Positions 29,030 through 43,919 of a stretch of DNA of 64,000 bases are shown here, piece after piece. Numbering within the stretch: the first letter of the stretch is position 1; each line of letters begins with the position of its first letter. Under the pieces are notes generated by a model. That model did no database searches, was not told the DNA's origin, and saw only the letters and a list, made by a program, of their open reading frames with translations. This stretch comes from Eledone cirrhosa (taxonomy: Eukaryota): positions 148,490,001 to 148,554,000 of the forward strand of contig OZ024740.1 in assembly GCA_964016885.1 (NCBI GenBank), read 5' to 3'. Made by a program: the position numbers and the translations under genes.

Positions 29030-31450
29030 GGGTGAATTTTACTGTTGCTCCTCCAATGCCCAGCTGTTAGGTTTTGGCCAGTGTTGGCCTATCTAACAGT
29101 TTCTGAGTTCACAACCTAGTCATGTTTTGGATAGTGTGTTCCACTCTCGTAAAGAGTTATTGTTTTCGGAGACATTCCGTGTGAGGGGGGTTTATAAGGG
29201 ATTATTTCGAGGAAGTTTAAGATATTACTGGATCGCTTTCTGTCTTGATGTATTTCGCTATAATATTAAAGAGAACGGGGCTAGTTGAGGTTAAATAGTT
29301 GTGTCGTATCGTCGCTATGAGTTGCGAGTTTGATTTTTGTAGTGGGCGGATAGCACGAAGACCAAGCTTAGTAGGGTTTTTCAAGGTGATGCCAACATCA
29401 ACATCATTTGAATAACATTGATGGAGTATTTTTCATATCATACAGATGATGTAGCCCTCACTGCATTATTGGAGAGAGTAAAATTTGAGTTTTTCTCATC
29501 GACACCAATAGTCAAGGCCTGTCATGCCGTCTATCTTTTTTGTAATTGACTTCTGGTGTGCTTCAATTTTTATAATACTTTGCTTCATTTGAGGACATCA
29601 CATTGTACAACAGTATTCAATGAGAGGCTGTGAAAAGGTAGAGTAGGATTATTGTGTGAATTTATTTAGAACAGAAAGATCTGAAACCAAGAAAAAACAT
29701 CCTGCTAGCCAGTTTTGGTGTTTAGGTGAGTGCATGCATGGTCCCGTAACTCTCGAGAATGTCGAAGGGGCACTGTATTGATATTCAGCGTTTCTAGGTA
29801 TTTTTTAAACCTAGCAGATCCCATCTCCTCTCCATGTTTTAATACGGTAGATTTCTAAGAGAATGGAAGTGAGAATGAGAGTTATGCAGGAAGAATCTAC
29901 GCCAGGACTGGACTGGACTTTTTTATCGACCACGAATGGATGAAAGGTGAAGTTGACCTCGCAGCATTTAAACTCAGTCAACAGAGAGCCGAAACGAATT
30001 CCCCAAAGCATTTTGTCCGACGTTCTATCGACTCTGCCAATTCACCGCCTAAATCTGTGTGTGTACTCCAGCTTATATTGTTGTCAACAATTACTGCAAG
30101 TTCGCTGGTTTTGTTTGATACCACGAGGGTTTCTCCCGGGGGAAGAAAAAATGGTAAATTCAGTGCATCCTTAATTCAGATATATCCTCATTTACTAGAC
30201 TATTGTTTTTTGTCGCACATTGAAGATTGAAGGCATGTCCATTCTCCCACTACATTGATGACCATTTGGAGCTTAGAATCATCGGCGAAGTTTCTTATTT
30301 TTCTGCGCTTGATGACGTCTATAATGTCACTTATATAAATTATTATATAAATATAAATTATGAAGAAAAGTGGGCCTAACACCGTACCTTGTGGGATGCC
30401 GCTGCTACCTTTGGGTGAACTCGATCGTATTCCTTCGACAGCATACTAGGATCTGTTTGTCAAGAAACATTTAAACCACCGCAGTAGCTTTCCACAGATA
30501 TAGTGTGTTGGGGGTTTGCATCACTGATTTTGTCCAGATCAACCATATCAAGATTGCTGAAAACAGCATAATTGTATCTGCAGTAGCTCAGTCATGGCTT
30601 TTGTATTATGGGTGGAGGTGGGGACGTTCTTGTTATCAGCCAGAAGGTTGAGAAAGCGACCTTATACTTTTTGGCAAATGAAAAGTACACTTTGGGATTG
30701 AATTTGATTTTGTCAATGGTCCAGTTATCCACAGCTTTTCTTTGGTTATAGGTGATGGTCTTCATGCAGCTTTGGGGGTTATGCTTTTGTTATCCAAGCA
30801 ATACAAATGTTGAATGTGTATGTTGCTGCAGGCAATATTTTATTTGGTAGATTTCACCTCCACTTCAGCTTCCAGGTGGAGGTTGTGATGGGTCTCAGTT
30901 ACAATGAAGAAAGGGATGTGGTGTGAATGGTCATCAGCCGAATCCTCAATGAACTGAACCTTCCATTTGTGTGCATTTTGAAGATAGTGTAGTGGTTGGC
31001 GTTGAGTGTTTCGGGGGTTTGATGTTTAATTACAACAATGGGAGTTTGTCTACTGGTGTTATGCTTTGGTTAGAAAGTCTTTTTTTGTATATTTTGCCCA
31101 AATTCATCATACATAAAAAAGAGTTTTCTTGTTCAGGGAACAACCGGTGTCTTGAATTGTTGTTTGTTGATATGCTTGCTGATATGATAAGATTATGTTT
31201 GTTGATATGCTTGCTGATATGATAAGATTATGTTTGTTGATATGTTTGCGGTTATTTGCTGTGTTTTAGGAAATAATGGACCAGAACTACTACAGTAGAG
31301 TGTGTTTTTACTGTAGGTTTGATGTTGGCTTGATTTCCTATAATTAGTTTTGTTGGTGCAGTGAGTCCCCGGAAGATAAGTAAAAGGACACTCTTTCTGC
31401 AGACCTAATCTGCCGCGTTGGGAATATGGCAAATTTTAGGATTCCGCGTA
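29030..31450 (-). mobile_element. Degenerate CR1/L2-group LINE interrupted by a SINE
   Basis: RT motifs GKLLRWFKCFLTNR, SGIPQGTVLGPLFFIIYI and RNFADDSKL at 30.2-30.5 kb. Boundaries are approximate. Confidence 0.7.
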
Positions 31451-31686
31451 ACGCATGTGGTTGTTTTAAGAGTGGTTTAGGTTTAGTAAGTGGTGGTAGC
31501 TATCTTATTGTAAGATGTGTGCTTTACAGTTGGCTGTTGTTGTTTGTATGTATTTTCTGTCTTGTCCCACGTATATGTGGAAATATGCAGTCACTGTTTG
31601 TGCATAATCTGTTGCACATTGAATTGCGGCATACATTTGGTTTGCGGGTGTGTGCGCTGTGAGAGATTTCACTTTCTGTACATTTT

Positions 31687-31782
<96 letters not shown>

Positions 31783-34532
31783 CTGAACGTAGATACACCT
31801 AAAATGAACGCAAGGTAATCACTGAATATCTCTATCCATAAATAATACACCTCCGAAATCCAACAATAAACAAATCACCTAGTGGATAAGACTATCGAAT
31901 GCCAAGCTCCTAACTAATACACCCATGAAAACAAAGCCAATTACTGCCACCTCAGACACTATCCATATTTCCCAACCACTAACCCGCTCTAAATATGAGT
32001 ATTGGGAGACAGAATTTTCAACATACACCCGTCATATGACGCAGTTTCTCTATAACAATAAACATTAAACAATATTTATTATTATCTGCAGTGACTACGA
32101 CCCCATTGCAGAATAATCTACACCAACTAGACCCATTGCCATAACTTACAGATAAAATTATTTAAACACTAGAGCGCCATCCCGCCTAACACATAGACAT
32201 CTCAGCAATCGTCTTTAGTCTCAAATAACCCACCCTGAACCGTTTAAATTGAAAATACTTATTAAATGCATAAAACATAAGCTACTTTAAAAAATTCAAC
32301 ACGAAAGGCAAATCCACAAAAAAGTGTGAAAAAGATACAAGGAAACCCGATTCTCGCAGGTTCAAACCATGTCTGGATTGACTCTCGACAACATTATTAT
32401 TTATGTGGTTAGATTGGCAGTATCGGTAGAGGGTCGGACGCCATGCTTTGACGCATAGAGTTACGGCCCTTGCTATTCTGAGTTCAAATCACGCCGAGCT
32501 TAACTTTGCCTTTCATCCTTATGGGGTCGATAAAATAAAGTACCAGTAATACACTGGTTAATTGCTGGCCTTGTGCCAAAAGTAGAAACAATTATTATTT
32601 ATGGGGTTCTTTTTACGATATGAGATTGAATCTCTCTTAGGTGAAAATAATCTTTATTATGTGAGCATAAAATATATTTTAGTCATTATTTAAAACATCA
32701 AACTAAATACATATTGTATCAAATCTCTGGTTAACTGTTTTTCTTTCTCCTTTATCAAATATATTAAAATATCATCAAATGCAGTATGGTTATCTATCAT
32801 ACACTTCACAATATTTGTTACCACCACTGTGTTGAAGCAATTTGTTTTACTTCGCTACCTCTTACCCTAACTTTCTCTCTCATTTTATCATCTTATTTAC
32901 ATACCTCATCACTGTTTCATTCTTTGTTTTTCCATTCTTTGAAGAATTTCAGCTCTTTTTGTTCTAAGTTCAAATCATGCTACGACCTGCTTGGATGCGC
33001 TACAATCAACTGTCACAATATTAGTAAGGGTAGTGATATTTTTCTGAATGTCCCCCACACCCAAATAAATAAAGAAAGAAAATAAAATCTTCAGATTTAA
33101 GCTATTTGCCAGGAGAAATCCGTCAAGAACGCATATTTTACTGAGACTGCAATACATAAATAGGTCATGAGAACATCCAAGCCTATAAACGTTGACCCAA
33201 CCTATTGGATATAGAACGTACACTATTGAAGTTCTGAAATTGTTTTTTTGCCATCTTCCACAGACTTTTAAATTTGGTATTTTTCTGCATTGTTACTCAG
33301 AAGAATAACCTTAACAATAGATTCCGAGTCCGTCATAAAAAATTCTATGACAATTTCTTGAGTTGCTGTAATAATATACTTTCCAACTGTATGTGACATC
33401 TATTTCACCCCTAAATGTGTGATGGTATCTTATGAAATGGCATAACGGTTGAACCTTTACAAAACTTCCACTCAACATCTTTAAAAAATTGAAAATATTT
33501 GTTATACTTATCTGAATTTTTACCTCAATGGGGTTGTTCATATTAGAATTCTTCATTGTTTCATTTCCAAATATATATTCCCATATGAAACATACAGGTA
33601 TTGATTCATTATTGTTCGAAGTTTATAACCAAATTTGAAATATATTTTAGGATATTATCAAACTTTTTCCAATATATGGATGTGTCAGTTCACTCTGAGC
33701 ACACCGATTTCCACACGGGATAAGAATGATTTGATTTTATTCCCAAGTGTGGTTTAACATCCAACACTCAGCTTCCTACACCTTTTTAAATGACAGTGAT
33801 AGGTGGCGTAGAACGGAGGAGAAAATATTTTGCAGAATTTCCTCTGGATTAATTTAACTTTCATGCTTCCAGGTTCAATAAAATAAATTACTTGAGTAGA
33901 GAAAAACGGAACAGTGGATATGCGGAAATGCTAGAGGCTCGGAAAAGAGGAACTGCGTTATTTGTTGCAATTGTTTGCGTTCTGAGTTCAACTCATGCTG
34001 CGTCCTATTTGAGTGGTAACTTAAACCTTCATCCTGTAAAACACACGCGCCTGACCCTTGGATGTTTTTAGTAGAAATCATTTTGTTGCAAGGAGTTTAC
34101 ACATATCTGTGTGTTAAGCATACATTCCTCTCTTTCATCAGCTTCGGAGGACGTGAAAACTTCATGGACACTGCATTTCCTTCTCTGTTAAGACATATAT
34201 AGATTTAAAAAAATATATTTTGCAACTATGATACTTTTGACTGAATGAAAGCTATATTCACTTTCACATTATCATACGACGTTATCTAATATGTATGAAT
34301 TAGTTATATGATATATATGCGTTTAAATTATATATCATGCTACTCATAATCAACACATACCTGTAGTCCTTATGTACCCTTGCCCATTTATAGCTACTTC
34401 TCAATATGGGCAATGCTAAGTATACTGCAAAGACTAAAAAACACACACACACACACACAGTCACTCACTCACCCACTCATACGTATGCCAAACACACACA
34501 CATACAAACACACTCATATATATATATATATA

Positions 34533-34650
34533 TATGAAGGACTTCTGTCCGAAACGCTGAAACCTCCTCCACTTCCACCAAGCTTGAACCTAATTGTGTC
34601 AACATGTAAACATTGCCTCCTGTATTTTTCTCGTTTCATTTATTAACTAT
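34533..34650 (+). mobile_element. TA-flanked PLE-terminus-like fragment starting with a 5'-truncated HHR
   Basis: (TA)n-TGAA-GGAC TTCT GTCC-GAAAC. The tail gtttcatttattaacta also appears inverted at ~21950. Confidence 0.5.
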
Positions 34651-34671
34651 ATATATATGTATATACATATC

Positions 34672-34798
<127 letters not shown>

Positions 34799-34925
34799 GT
34801 CATAACATAATTGCTATAAGTTCTTGTTTTGTCTCGTCTTGTCTATTACTTCATTGGACTACGCTTTGGCTTGTGTCGGACACTGTGACCTCGGGTGGAC
34901 CAGTAGTACCGTTTATAGATGTCGA

Positions 34926-35014
<89 letters not shown>

Positions 35015-36213
35015 ATGTGGTTATTTAAATGTGTATGCACACTTGTGTTTTGACGGTTCTTGTTTTCTGATTGTTTGTATAACTTACGTTATTTATACAA
35101 TGATACAATGATACAATGCCTAGTATTTGGATACGACAACATAGAAAAAGACTACGACTAATTCCTGAGTTACATTCATCCCAGATGTTGTTAAAATAAA
35201 TTATTACAACCTCACCGCGTATTTAAATACATTGTTATTATTTAAAATAATACACATGTTTATATTTTATATAATTCTTATATGAACAATGTTCTCTAAC
35301 TATAGTTGCATATATTGTAACATGTATTGTATAAACGTGTATACGGTACCGGTTATTATGGGTATACATGCTTGTTTGTGAAGTTGCGTGGCTTAGTGAA
35401 TAAGGTGTTCATCATACGATCGTATGGTTGTCTATTCGAGCAAGACACTGTATTTAACTTAACTCTCCAAAATGAACTGTACCTGAAAATCAAAGGGCCA
35501 ATCTGCCTTCTCACACATTATGACAAGGTGAATCTCCCCGAAATCTAAAGTGCACGTGTTTAAGTAATGTTCTGCTACATGCAGGTTACTTTAACTCCAG
35601 GCGGCTGTTCCGTTCTTCCGAATGACTAGAACATTCATCGTTGAAACCGACGTTACTCCAACACATATTTGTTTTTAAATGTAAAACTCTAATTATAATG
35701 TTGATATAATGACAAAAATATCATCACAGTATGAATATAAAAAAAAAAGGATATTTGTGAACTTACAAAACTATGATCTTGCTGTGCAATGAAACTCAAG
35801 TATATACAGCTCAAGATGATCACTACGTGATACCAGTATATAAAGTTATGTTCTCATACGTTAATTTCCCGTAAATATGTTGCCGTAAATGAAGCTTTCA
35901 AGACAATTGGTGGTTTCATTATGCTATTGCAATCTATAATTTCTCTCATTTAAGTATCAGGTATTAGTTATCCTATGACATTGATGAAACTATGTTAACA
36001 GGAGGGGCTAATCGTGGCTGCGCCATTAAAAAGGGCGCTGCACAGTCACATGGTTCCGGGTTATATCCCAATGCGCATCACCTTAGACAGGTATCCGCTA
36101 TCATATATTTAGACGGGCCAATAGATTAAGAATACAATTTGGTAAATTGAAACTGTACGAAATTAAAACAACATTACAAGGACGGTTGAAGAATCCGACT
36201 TAACATATCTCTA

Positions 36214-36244
<31 letters not shown>

Positions 36245-36382
36245 CATACATACATACATACATACTGGTGTATGCATGCATATATACTGGAATAAATGCA
36301 CAAACACACACAAACATATGTATCGTATAGAGAGAGGGAAAGTGTGTATGTGTTTGTGTGTGTGTGTGTGTGTTTGTATGTC

Positions 36383-36413
<31 letters not shown>

Positions 36414-38523
36414 GTTTGTATGTGTTTGTGTGTGTGCGTGTGTGTATGCGTGCATACATGTTCTTAATTTTGTCAATTTGCCCCCTGTGAATCCATTTGT
36501 GAGAAATGACACGTAAAATAGCGATTACTATATTAACTAAATATAAACAAATAAGCATGGGAATGTTAGTGCATGTCATAGCATTGACGAGGGGCATCAG
36601 TGTTAAAATTGATAAGAGAAAAGAGGACAATATCTTGCTTATACAAATTAAATATCATACTTTATTTAGATTATTGAAATGTGATATGAGGACCTTACTT
36701 AAGAGAAGATGCTTTAAAGAAGTCTTCCAGGAAAAGCTTCTACTCTCTTTGAAGAGAGAGAGAGAGGAGGTAGAGAGAGAGAGAGAGTAGAGAGAGAGAG
36801 GAGTGTGGGAAGAGTTTGGGAGGTAAAGAGAGTGAGTAGAGAACTTTCATATCCCAAGAGATTCATAGTGTTTAAACGAATACTACTCAATGCCCTATGA
36901 AAGGGTAGAATAAATCAAATATTCCAAATTATGAGTCAGACTGGATCCTAAGCATTATTTACGTTTAGCCTTAAAGGACTTGACTACTCACTAAATTATA
37001 AATGCTGATATCAGTTTTCGAATCAGTTCTTATTTACTTATTTATTTATTTATTTATTCATTTTGTTCATATTTTCATGTCAATTACATGTGATTGTTTT
37101 TTAGCCTCCGATCTGCTCGGTGAAAGACATTCCTGCCCTGAGCATACAGTCATCTTTTCAGACATGTCTTTCGGACTACATTATTGAGTGCGTCGTTCTC
37201 TTTTCAGGAGAGAGAAATATGACATGAAGTAGATTTAGCTGCTATTTCTAAGAGATCGATTGACCACGAAGAGGCTCCATTTTTGGTTCACAGAAAAATA
37301 ACTGCTTCAATGCTCTTGAGTTTGATTTTGGTATAAAAGAGAAAATAGTTGAGATTATTTCTATAAAACTGTTGAGTTATTGCAATATTATACATTCATG
37401 GCCACTGTGAACTAATGAAACATTCTTCAATTTTGAAGTGCTTTACCACGGTGAATACATTTACAACGAGTCTATCTCTGCATGGTTGCTTTGCCGGTTA
37501 GAAATAGCTTCTCAATGCCTCTAAAATCACTCTCTTATGTCTTAAAAAGGGAAGGTCATGTTGTGTAATATAGTTTCATATAGCTTATTACTGATTTAAA
37601 AAAAAAGCGGGATGGTTACGGATTAAATACTTTTGATATTGGTTATTTTCAATTAGGCGTCGCTTAGGGCTACAGCAGAAGCTTAAATATTGCGAGTTTA
37701 GTCCACTGTTGAGAATTCATAGTTTTTATTACAGATTATATAACGTGCTAGTGATAAGATATGAACTTTTGGACATACGCACTATATTTTGTTGGTAAGA
37801 AGGCGTGAACTGTCATCCTCCTTTGTTAGAGACACTGCACTATGCTGGTGGTAAAATAAGACAAAGTGATCATAGTTGAAATGCCATGGCTATAAATTTG
37901 CAGATTAACAACAACAACAAATACCCATCATCTTTTCTGCTTACCTATACATTTTTCACCAATTTCCCTCACCAGATTTCTCACACTCAACCTTTCTTAG
38001 TTTATTGGATTTTCCTATTTTAATACAAAAAATATTACTAGGCATAAATAGTAACTGCTTCTACTCTGTCCAGTGGCATATTTCATTCTCGTATTATTTT
38101 ATCATCTGTTTAACACTCACAGAAATACATACCTAACCGCAACATCACACCATGTTCTTATGCAATTAACCTCAGGTCAAAAGGTTGGAGTAAAGTTACA
38201 ATTTATTTTGCAAAAATGTCACAAGTGTAACCAAATACAATAATTTATATACTGATTAGGTCCTTATGATTTTAGTTCATATTGCAAATCTATCACCTCA
38301 CAAGTTCACTTTCTGGATGCCTGCTTATGATATTAGATATGTATACAAAATAGTAAAAGAGTAATAAGATAGTCAAAAAACAAGAATATAAAAGGAAAAA
38401 TGAAATAAAGTCTGTATGCATATAATATAATACATATGTCCCCACATATATAATATGATACTTGCTTCAGTGCATATATTTTATGTTGAGTATGTACAGA
38501 TGTATTAGTAAAGCCTAGAGAAA

Positions 38524-38559
<36 letters not shown>

Positions 38560-38569
38560 CATAGATATA

Positions 38570-39042
<473 letters not shown>

Positions 39043-39044
<2 letters not shown>

Positions 39045-39702
39045 GAACGATCGACTTTCGTCGAATCGGACCAAGGGAACAATGTTTCCGTTGGTCTTTC
39101 CAATTGCTAATACTATCTATCGGTCGCAACTCCAGGTAGAAGGAGCAACGTGAAATAAAGTGTCTTGCTCAAGGACATAACGCATCACCTGGTCCAGGAA
39201 TCGAACTCACAACCTTACGATTGCGAATCCAATTCTCTAACCACTCTGCCACACGCCTTCACAAAGGAACGATCGACTTTCGTCAAATCGGACCGAGGGA
39301 ACAATGTTTCCGTTGGTCTTTCCAATTGCTAATACTATCTATCGGTCGCAACTCCAGGTAGAAGGAGCAACGTGAAATAAAGTGTCTTGCTCAAGGACAT
39401 AACGCGTCGCCTGGTCCAGGAATCGAACTCACAACCTTACGATTGCGAATCCAATTCTCTAACCACTCAGCCACACGCCTTCACTGAAGGCGTGTGGCTG
39501 AGTGGTTAGAGAATTGTATTCGCAATCGTAAGGTTGTGAGTTCGATTCCTGGACCAGGCGATGCGTTATGTCCTTGAGCAAGACACTTTATTTCACGTTG
39601 CTCCTTCTACCTGGAGTTGCGACCGATAGATAGTATTAGCAATTGGAAAGACCAACGGAAACATTGTTCCCTCGGTCCGATTTGACAAAAAAGTCGATCG
39701 TT

Positions 39703-39705
<3 letters not shown>
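39043..39705. mobile_element. tRNA-derived SINE family 2 trimer: two tandem minus copies and one inverted plus copy
   Basis: Units 39043-39262, 39265-39484 and 39485-39705. Head tgaaggcgtgtggctgagtggttaga...gagttcgattcctgg has A and B boxes. Apex gccttca-c-tgaaggc. Confidence 0.92.
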
Positions 39706-39751
<46 letters not shown>

Positions 39752-39783
39752 ATATATGCATACATACGTACATATATTTACAG

Positions 39784-39828
<45 letters not shown>

Positions 39829-40289
39829 CTGATCCGTCGTGGTAGACACTTCTCCCCTGTATACCTCCACGTGGATCCTTATTCTGTATTCTCTATGCTG
39901 TGTGTCTTCCGAAAATAGTTATGCTCCTCGTGTTATGTTAATTTTAAAGTATCGCCATACCAGGACCCTAAGACTAAGTTTTTCCGATTGTTATCCCACA
40001 GAAAAACTTTTGTTTGGAGAGGCGGTTTTAAATCGAAATATTTCGATCTGAATGTCGTGTTTGTCAGTTCCTCCAATTTGTTTTTCGTCCGTTCGTTCAT
40101 ATTTTGTCTCACATTCCACTTGTTTTCCTTTCATTTGATTGATTACATATGGCAACGCAGCTCAATAAAACCTCTCACCTCTTTAACATTTGGCTTACAC
40201 CCACCCCCATATATATATAGTTGAGTTTACAAACACGAAAAATGGTACTCAGTATATGAATGAAGGATACTTGTGTTTTACTTAGAAAG

Positions 40290-40770
40290 ACACAATCATC
40301 TCCATAGACGAAAAATTAATTGTCAAAACAGAAAAACTTTGTGTATCTTGGCAGCACTATATCGCACCTTTAGAAATAGATATTAACATCCACATTGCTG
40401 ATTTCCCTATGAAATCCCTCACTGCTTGTTAAGGTGAAGAGAGACTTCTTCCAAATTGTTGAAGAGATCTTCATTTGCTGTATGAGATCTTCATTTGGAC
40501 ATCGACTAAGAAACTTGGAAAGAAGCTAGATGGTAATTACATGCGAATGCTCTGTGCTGTTTTGAACATGTCCTGGTGACAGTACCCGACCAAACAATTT
40601 TGTGGACACCGAGCTTCTGGCACGTCTCCGTGAAAGAAGGATGCGTTTTGCTGGGCATTGCTGGAGAAGCAAGGAAGAAGATGTCAGCAATTTACTGATG
40701 TAGAACTCGACCCATGGACGTCCCAAATTCACTCGACCTTGTAGGAACCGCATCAATTATCTTTACCATG
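40290..40770 (+). mobile_element. RTE/RTE-X-like LINE fragment
   Basis: KKLDGNYMRMLCAVLNMSW and LRERRMRFAGHCWRSKEE. Confidence 0.75.
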
Positions 40771-41199
40771 ATACAATGTGCAGTGTAGATCTTCCATTCA
40801 TTTACCCGTTTAATAATATATACAATAAAAAGAACTTCAATGTCATTCAATTCGATGTCGTCGAATGTTATAATTCTATCTCAAAATCTCCAATCATCAC
40901 TGTTTTAGAATTAGCTACATATGGAACAGCATAGTTAAAATGATATACATTTTAGATACAAGAAAATGTATTTTAAAAAATATAATTCTGCCTGTGTTAA
41001 AATTCAGACCCCACAAGTTCGTTCCCCGTCAGTCTACAGTCGTTTGACTGCACAGATATATATATATATATATATGATCTCTCGGTGGGTATACTAAGAA
41101 ATAAATTTATCACAATATATGTAGACTTATATAGAAGACGTGTGTTGGCAGTATCCCAGTACGCCAACAAGCACATATTAGATAAACCCAAATGTTCTA

Positions 41200-41460
41200 A
41201 TGAATACTTTCAGTAATTTTGTCATGAAAATAACTATCACCACTAACCTAAGTCTTATAAATTTTGTCCAAAGCACATTTTACTACAATTAAATATGAAA
41301 CATATACCAAAAACAACGAAAACCGTAAACATATCAACATAAAATTCTGATACCCGTCAACAGCTTTGATAAAAGTTTGATAAAAGTATCAGAAGAATAT
41401 CTAACTTCTCATCAAATAAAGATATTTTGACAACGCTGCTACAATAAACCACTAGATCCC
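41200..41460 (+). mobile_element. Highly decayed PLE RT-region fragment
   Basis: Broken peptides KITITTNLSLINF and RRISNFSSNKDI resemble the PLE RT C-terminal region. Confidence 0.45.
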
Positions 41461-42313
41461 AAAATAAGATCTTATACCGCTATAATATTCCACTTCTTTG
41501 AAGCAATAACATATGCCGTTACATCATTTACTTCAGTCTTCTCTGTAAATATTGAGGCTAACGTACCAGAAAATATCATCTACAATGCGGAGGTCAGCTC
41601 CATTAAACATTTAAACGACAAACTATATATTGTGCCTAAATGCTCTGCAGAAATGATGGATGGAAAATTTAAACAGACAAAAAAGGGGCGTAATCAAACT
41701 TTTGAACTTTGAAACAAAAACGCTACTGCATGCGATATGAAGTGACATATCTTTGAAATATACAAACCGCAGTGAAATGGTAAAAGATTGGCTTATGCTC
41801 AGAGATAATTACGCTAAAGTGTTTTGAAATACAGATACACCTCATTTTTGTCTGCTGTGTAAACCAAAGAAACATATAAGAAAATGTCTTGTTTCAAGGA
41901 CGCAAAGCAACGTAAGGAATTTATGTGATATTCATGAACAAATACATACATGAATACCTACACACATACATAGATACACAAATTCATAAATATATACCCA
42001 CATGCATACACAATTAAAACACAATTAGCCTCATATTGTTGTACTGGAAAACATGTTCTGTTAATGACCACGATATCTCGAACTTTCAATATCAATAAAA
42101 CATTCTTAATATCTAAAGGATGAATGATTGCGCAAGGGACAATGTGAAGTCCCCATGAGGTTGGCGGCTAAGAATAGTCACAAAATTAAGGAAAGAGGTA
42201 TTCAGAGAGATACACACACAGACACACACAGACACACACACACAGACACACACACACAGACACACACACAAACACAGACCCTCACATATACACACACACA
42301 GACATACACATAC

Positions 42314-42371
<58 letters not shown>

Positions 42372-42554
42372 CCCACTCTACTACACCAAGTATCGAGTAC
42401 TTTGGTGGGTTATGATCTAGCTAGTTTTTACCACACCCGATCTAATATATATATATATATATGCAATCCCTACGCACACACACACACACACATATATATG
42501 TATACATGCATATATATATGTTTTGTCAAACCTTTGAAAATACTCAAACAGTAT

Positions 42555-42865
42555 CAGTTCGCAAAATACATCAGGCTTTTGGTGATAATGTCATGGGTGT
42601 TCCCCAAACAACGTAATGGTACAACAGCATAAAGGACGGCTTGACACCTATGGCGAGTGACAAGTATTCCGGGCGCCGTCAACAAGTGGTAATGCAGTTG
42701 GTATCGGGAATTTAAGAGCCTTGATAATAGAGGATGGTTGTTTGAGGCACAGGATATCGGTGAATCCAACGCCGCTAAGACATTCAAAAGCACGTCAGGT
42801 GCGATCAAAAACCATGGTGAGGCTGAAACATCTCTAAGCGTATCTACGCATTGTGAATCACGAAT
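42555..42865 (+). mobile_element. Mariner HTH-region fragment
   Basis: IHQAFGDNVMG..WYNSIKDG..SDKYSGR. Confidence 0.6.
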
Positions 42866-42925
42866 ATATATATATATATAGTGACGAAACATAAGTCAAT
42901 TGCATGAACTCATAATCCTTTATTT

Positions 42926-42981
42926 ACTGCTATATATATTTCGATGATAGCCATTGAATGGCTATGACCTTATCAGGCAGT
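42926..42981 (-). ncRNA. Minimal type I HHR with G8A change (family G)
   Basis: ACTGC-CTGATAA-GGT.ATAGCCAT TCA ATGGCTAT.ATC-GAAA-TATATA-TA-GCAGT. Confidence 0.75.
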
Positions 42982-43141
42982 TAATCAGTTCTTAAATATG
43001 CCAGCTCTGTGTTTATGCTGTTGATGGTATCAGACCCTTGGGACATAAGAGCTTATTAGGGATAATTTAATGTTGTCAGCAGGGATAATCTTAATTCTCA
43101 TTGGTCAGTTTGTATATGCTAGTTGGGTTGGTATTTGACCT

Positions 43142-43202
<61 letters not shown>

Positions 43203-43708
43203 CAGCGATGGAAGCATTTTTGAATTGGGGGTGAGGGAAAATGTTTTTCAATTTAGCTGTAGTGATTAGTTTAGCTCTCTGCACTCTAAAATGGCCAGAA
43301 AACTTCGATATGCCATAAATATAAAATGAACATGAATTGTAGTGCACATCCAAATAGATGTGTGTTTGGTAGTTTGGGGAGAAACTACCAAAACGCACAC
43401 CATTACTCTCTTCCAATCCCCCTCCCTATATCAATTAACACCAAACTCTCCACCTCTCAATATCTGCTTAACAGAACTCTCTCCCACACCTTCTCTATAT
43501 CTATCTCTCCCATCTATCTCTACATAATGTACATAAATTGTAGCGCATATACACATAGATGCGTGTTTTGGCAGTTTGGGGAAAAATTATAATTATTCGG
43601 AAGGCGGGGGGGGGGGGCTGCTCCCAGGTCCACGGCCCCTGATATATAAATATATCATAGACAAGAGGACGACCGACCATCTAGCATCTTCTACTTTAGT
43701 CGGTCGCC

Positions 43709-43792
<84 letters not shown>

Positions 43793-43835
43793 TATGTGTG
43801 TGTGAGTGTATATACATATATGTACAGAAACACAG

Positions 43836-43917
<82 letters not shown>

Positions 43918-43919
<2 letters not shown>

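Noticed and set aside
31161-31244. 35-bp tandem repeat of about 2.4 copies
   Set aside because: Ordinary slippage duplication inside a decayed LINE.
32780-33720. Repeat-poor stretch with short ORFs, possibly an old transposase
   Set aside because: No motif I can identify; it needs a translated profile search.
39485-39560. tRNA-like sequence
   Set aside because: It is the A/B-box head of a SINE continuing into a repeat body, not a supported tRNA gene.
43199-43642. Possible TIR element with an internal ~60-bp repeat at ~200-bp spacing
   Set aside because: The ends (cagcagcgatgga versus tccacggcccctg) match too poorly to call a MITE.
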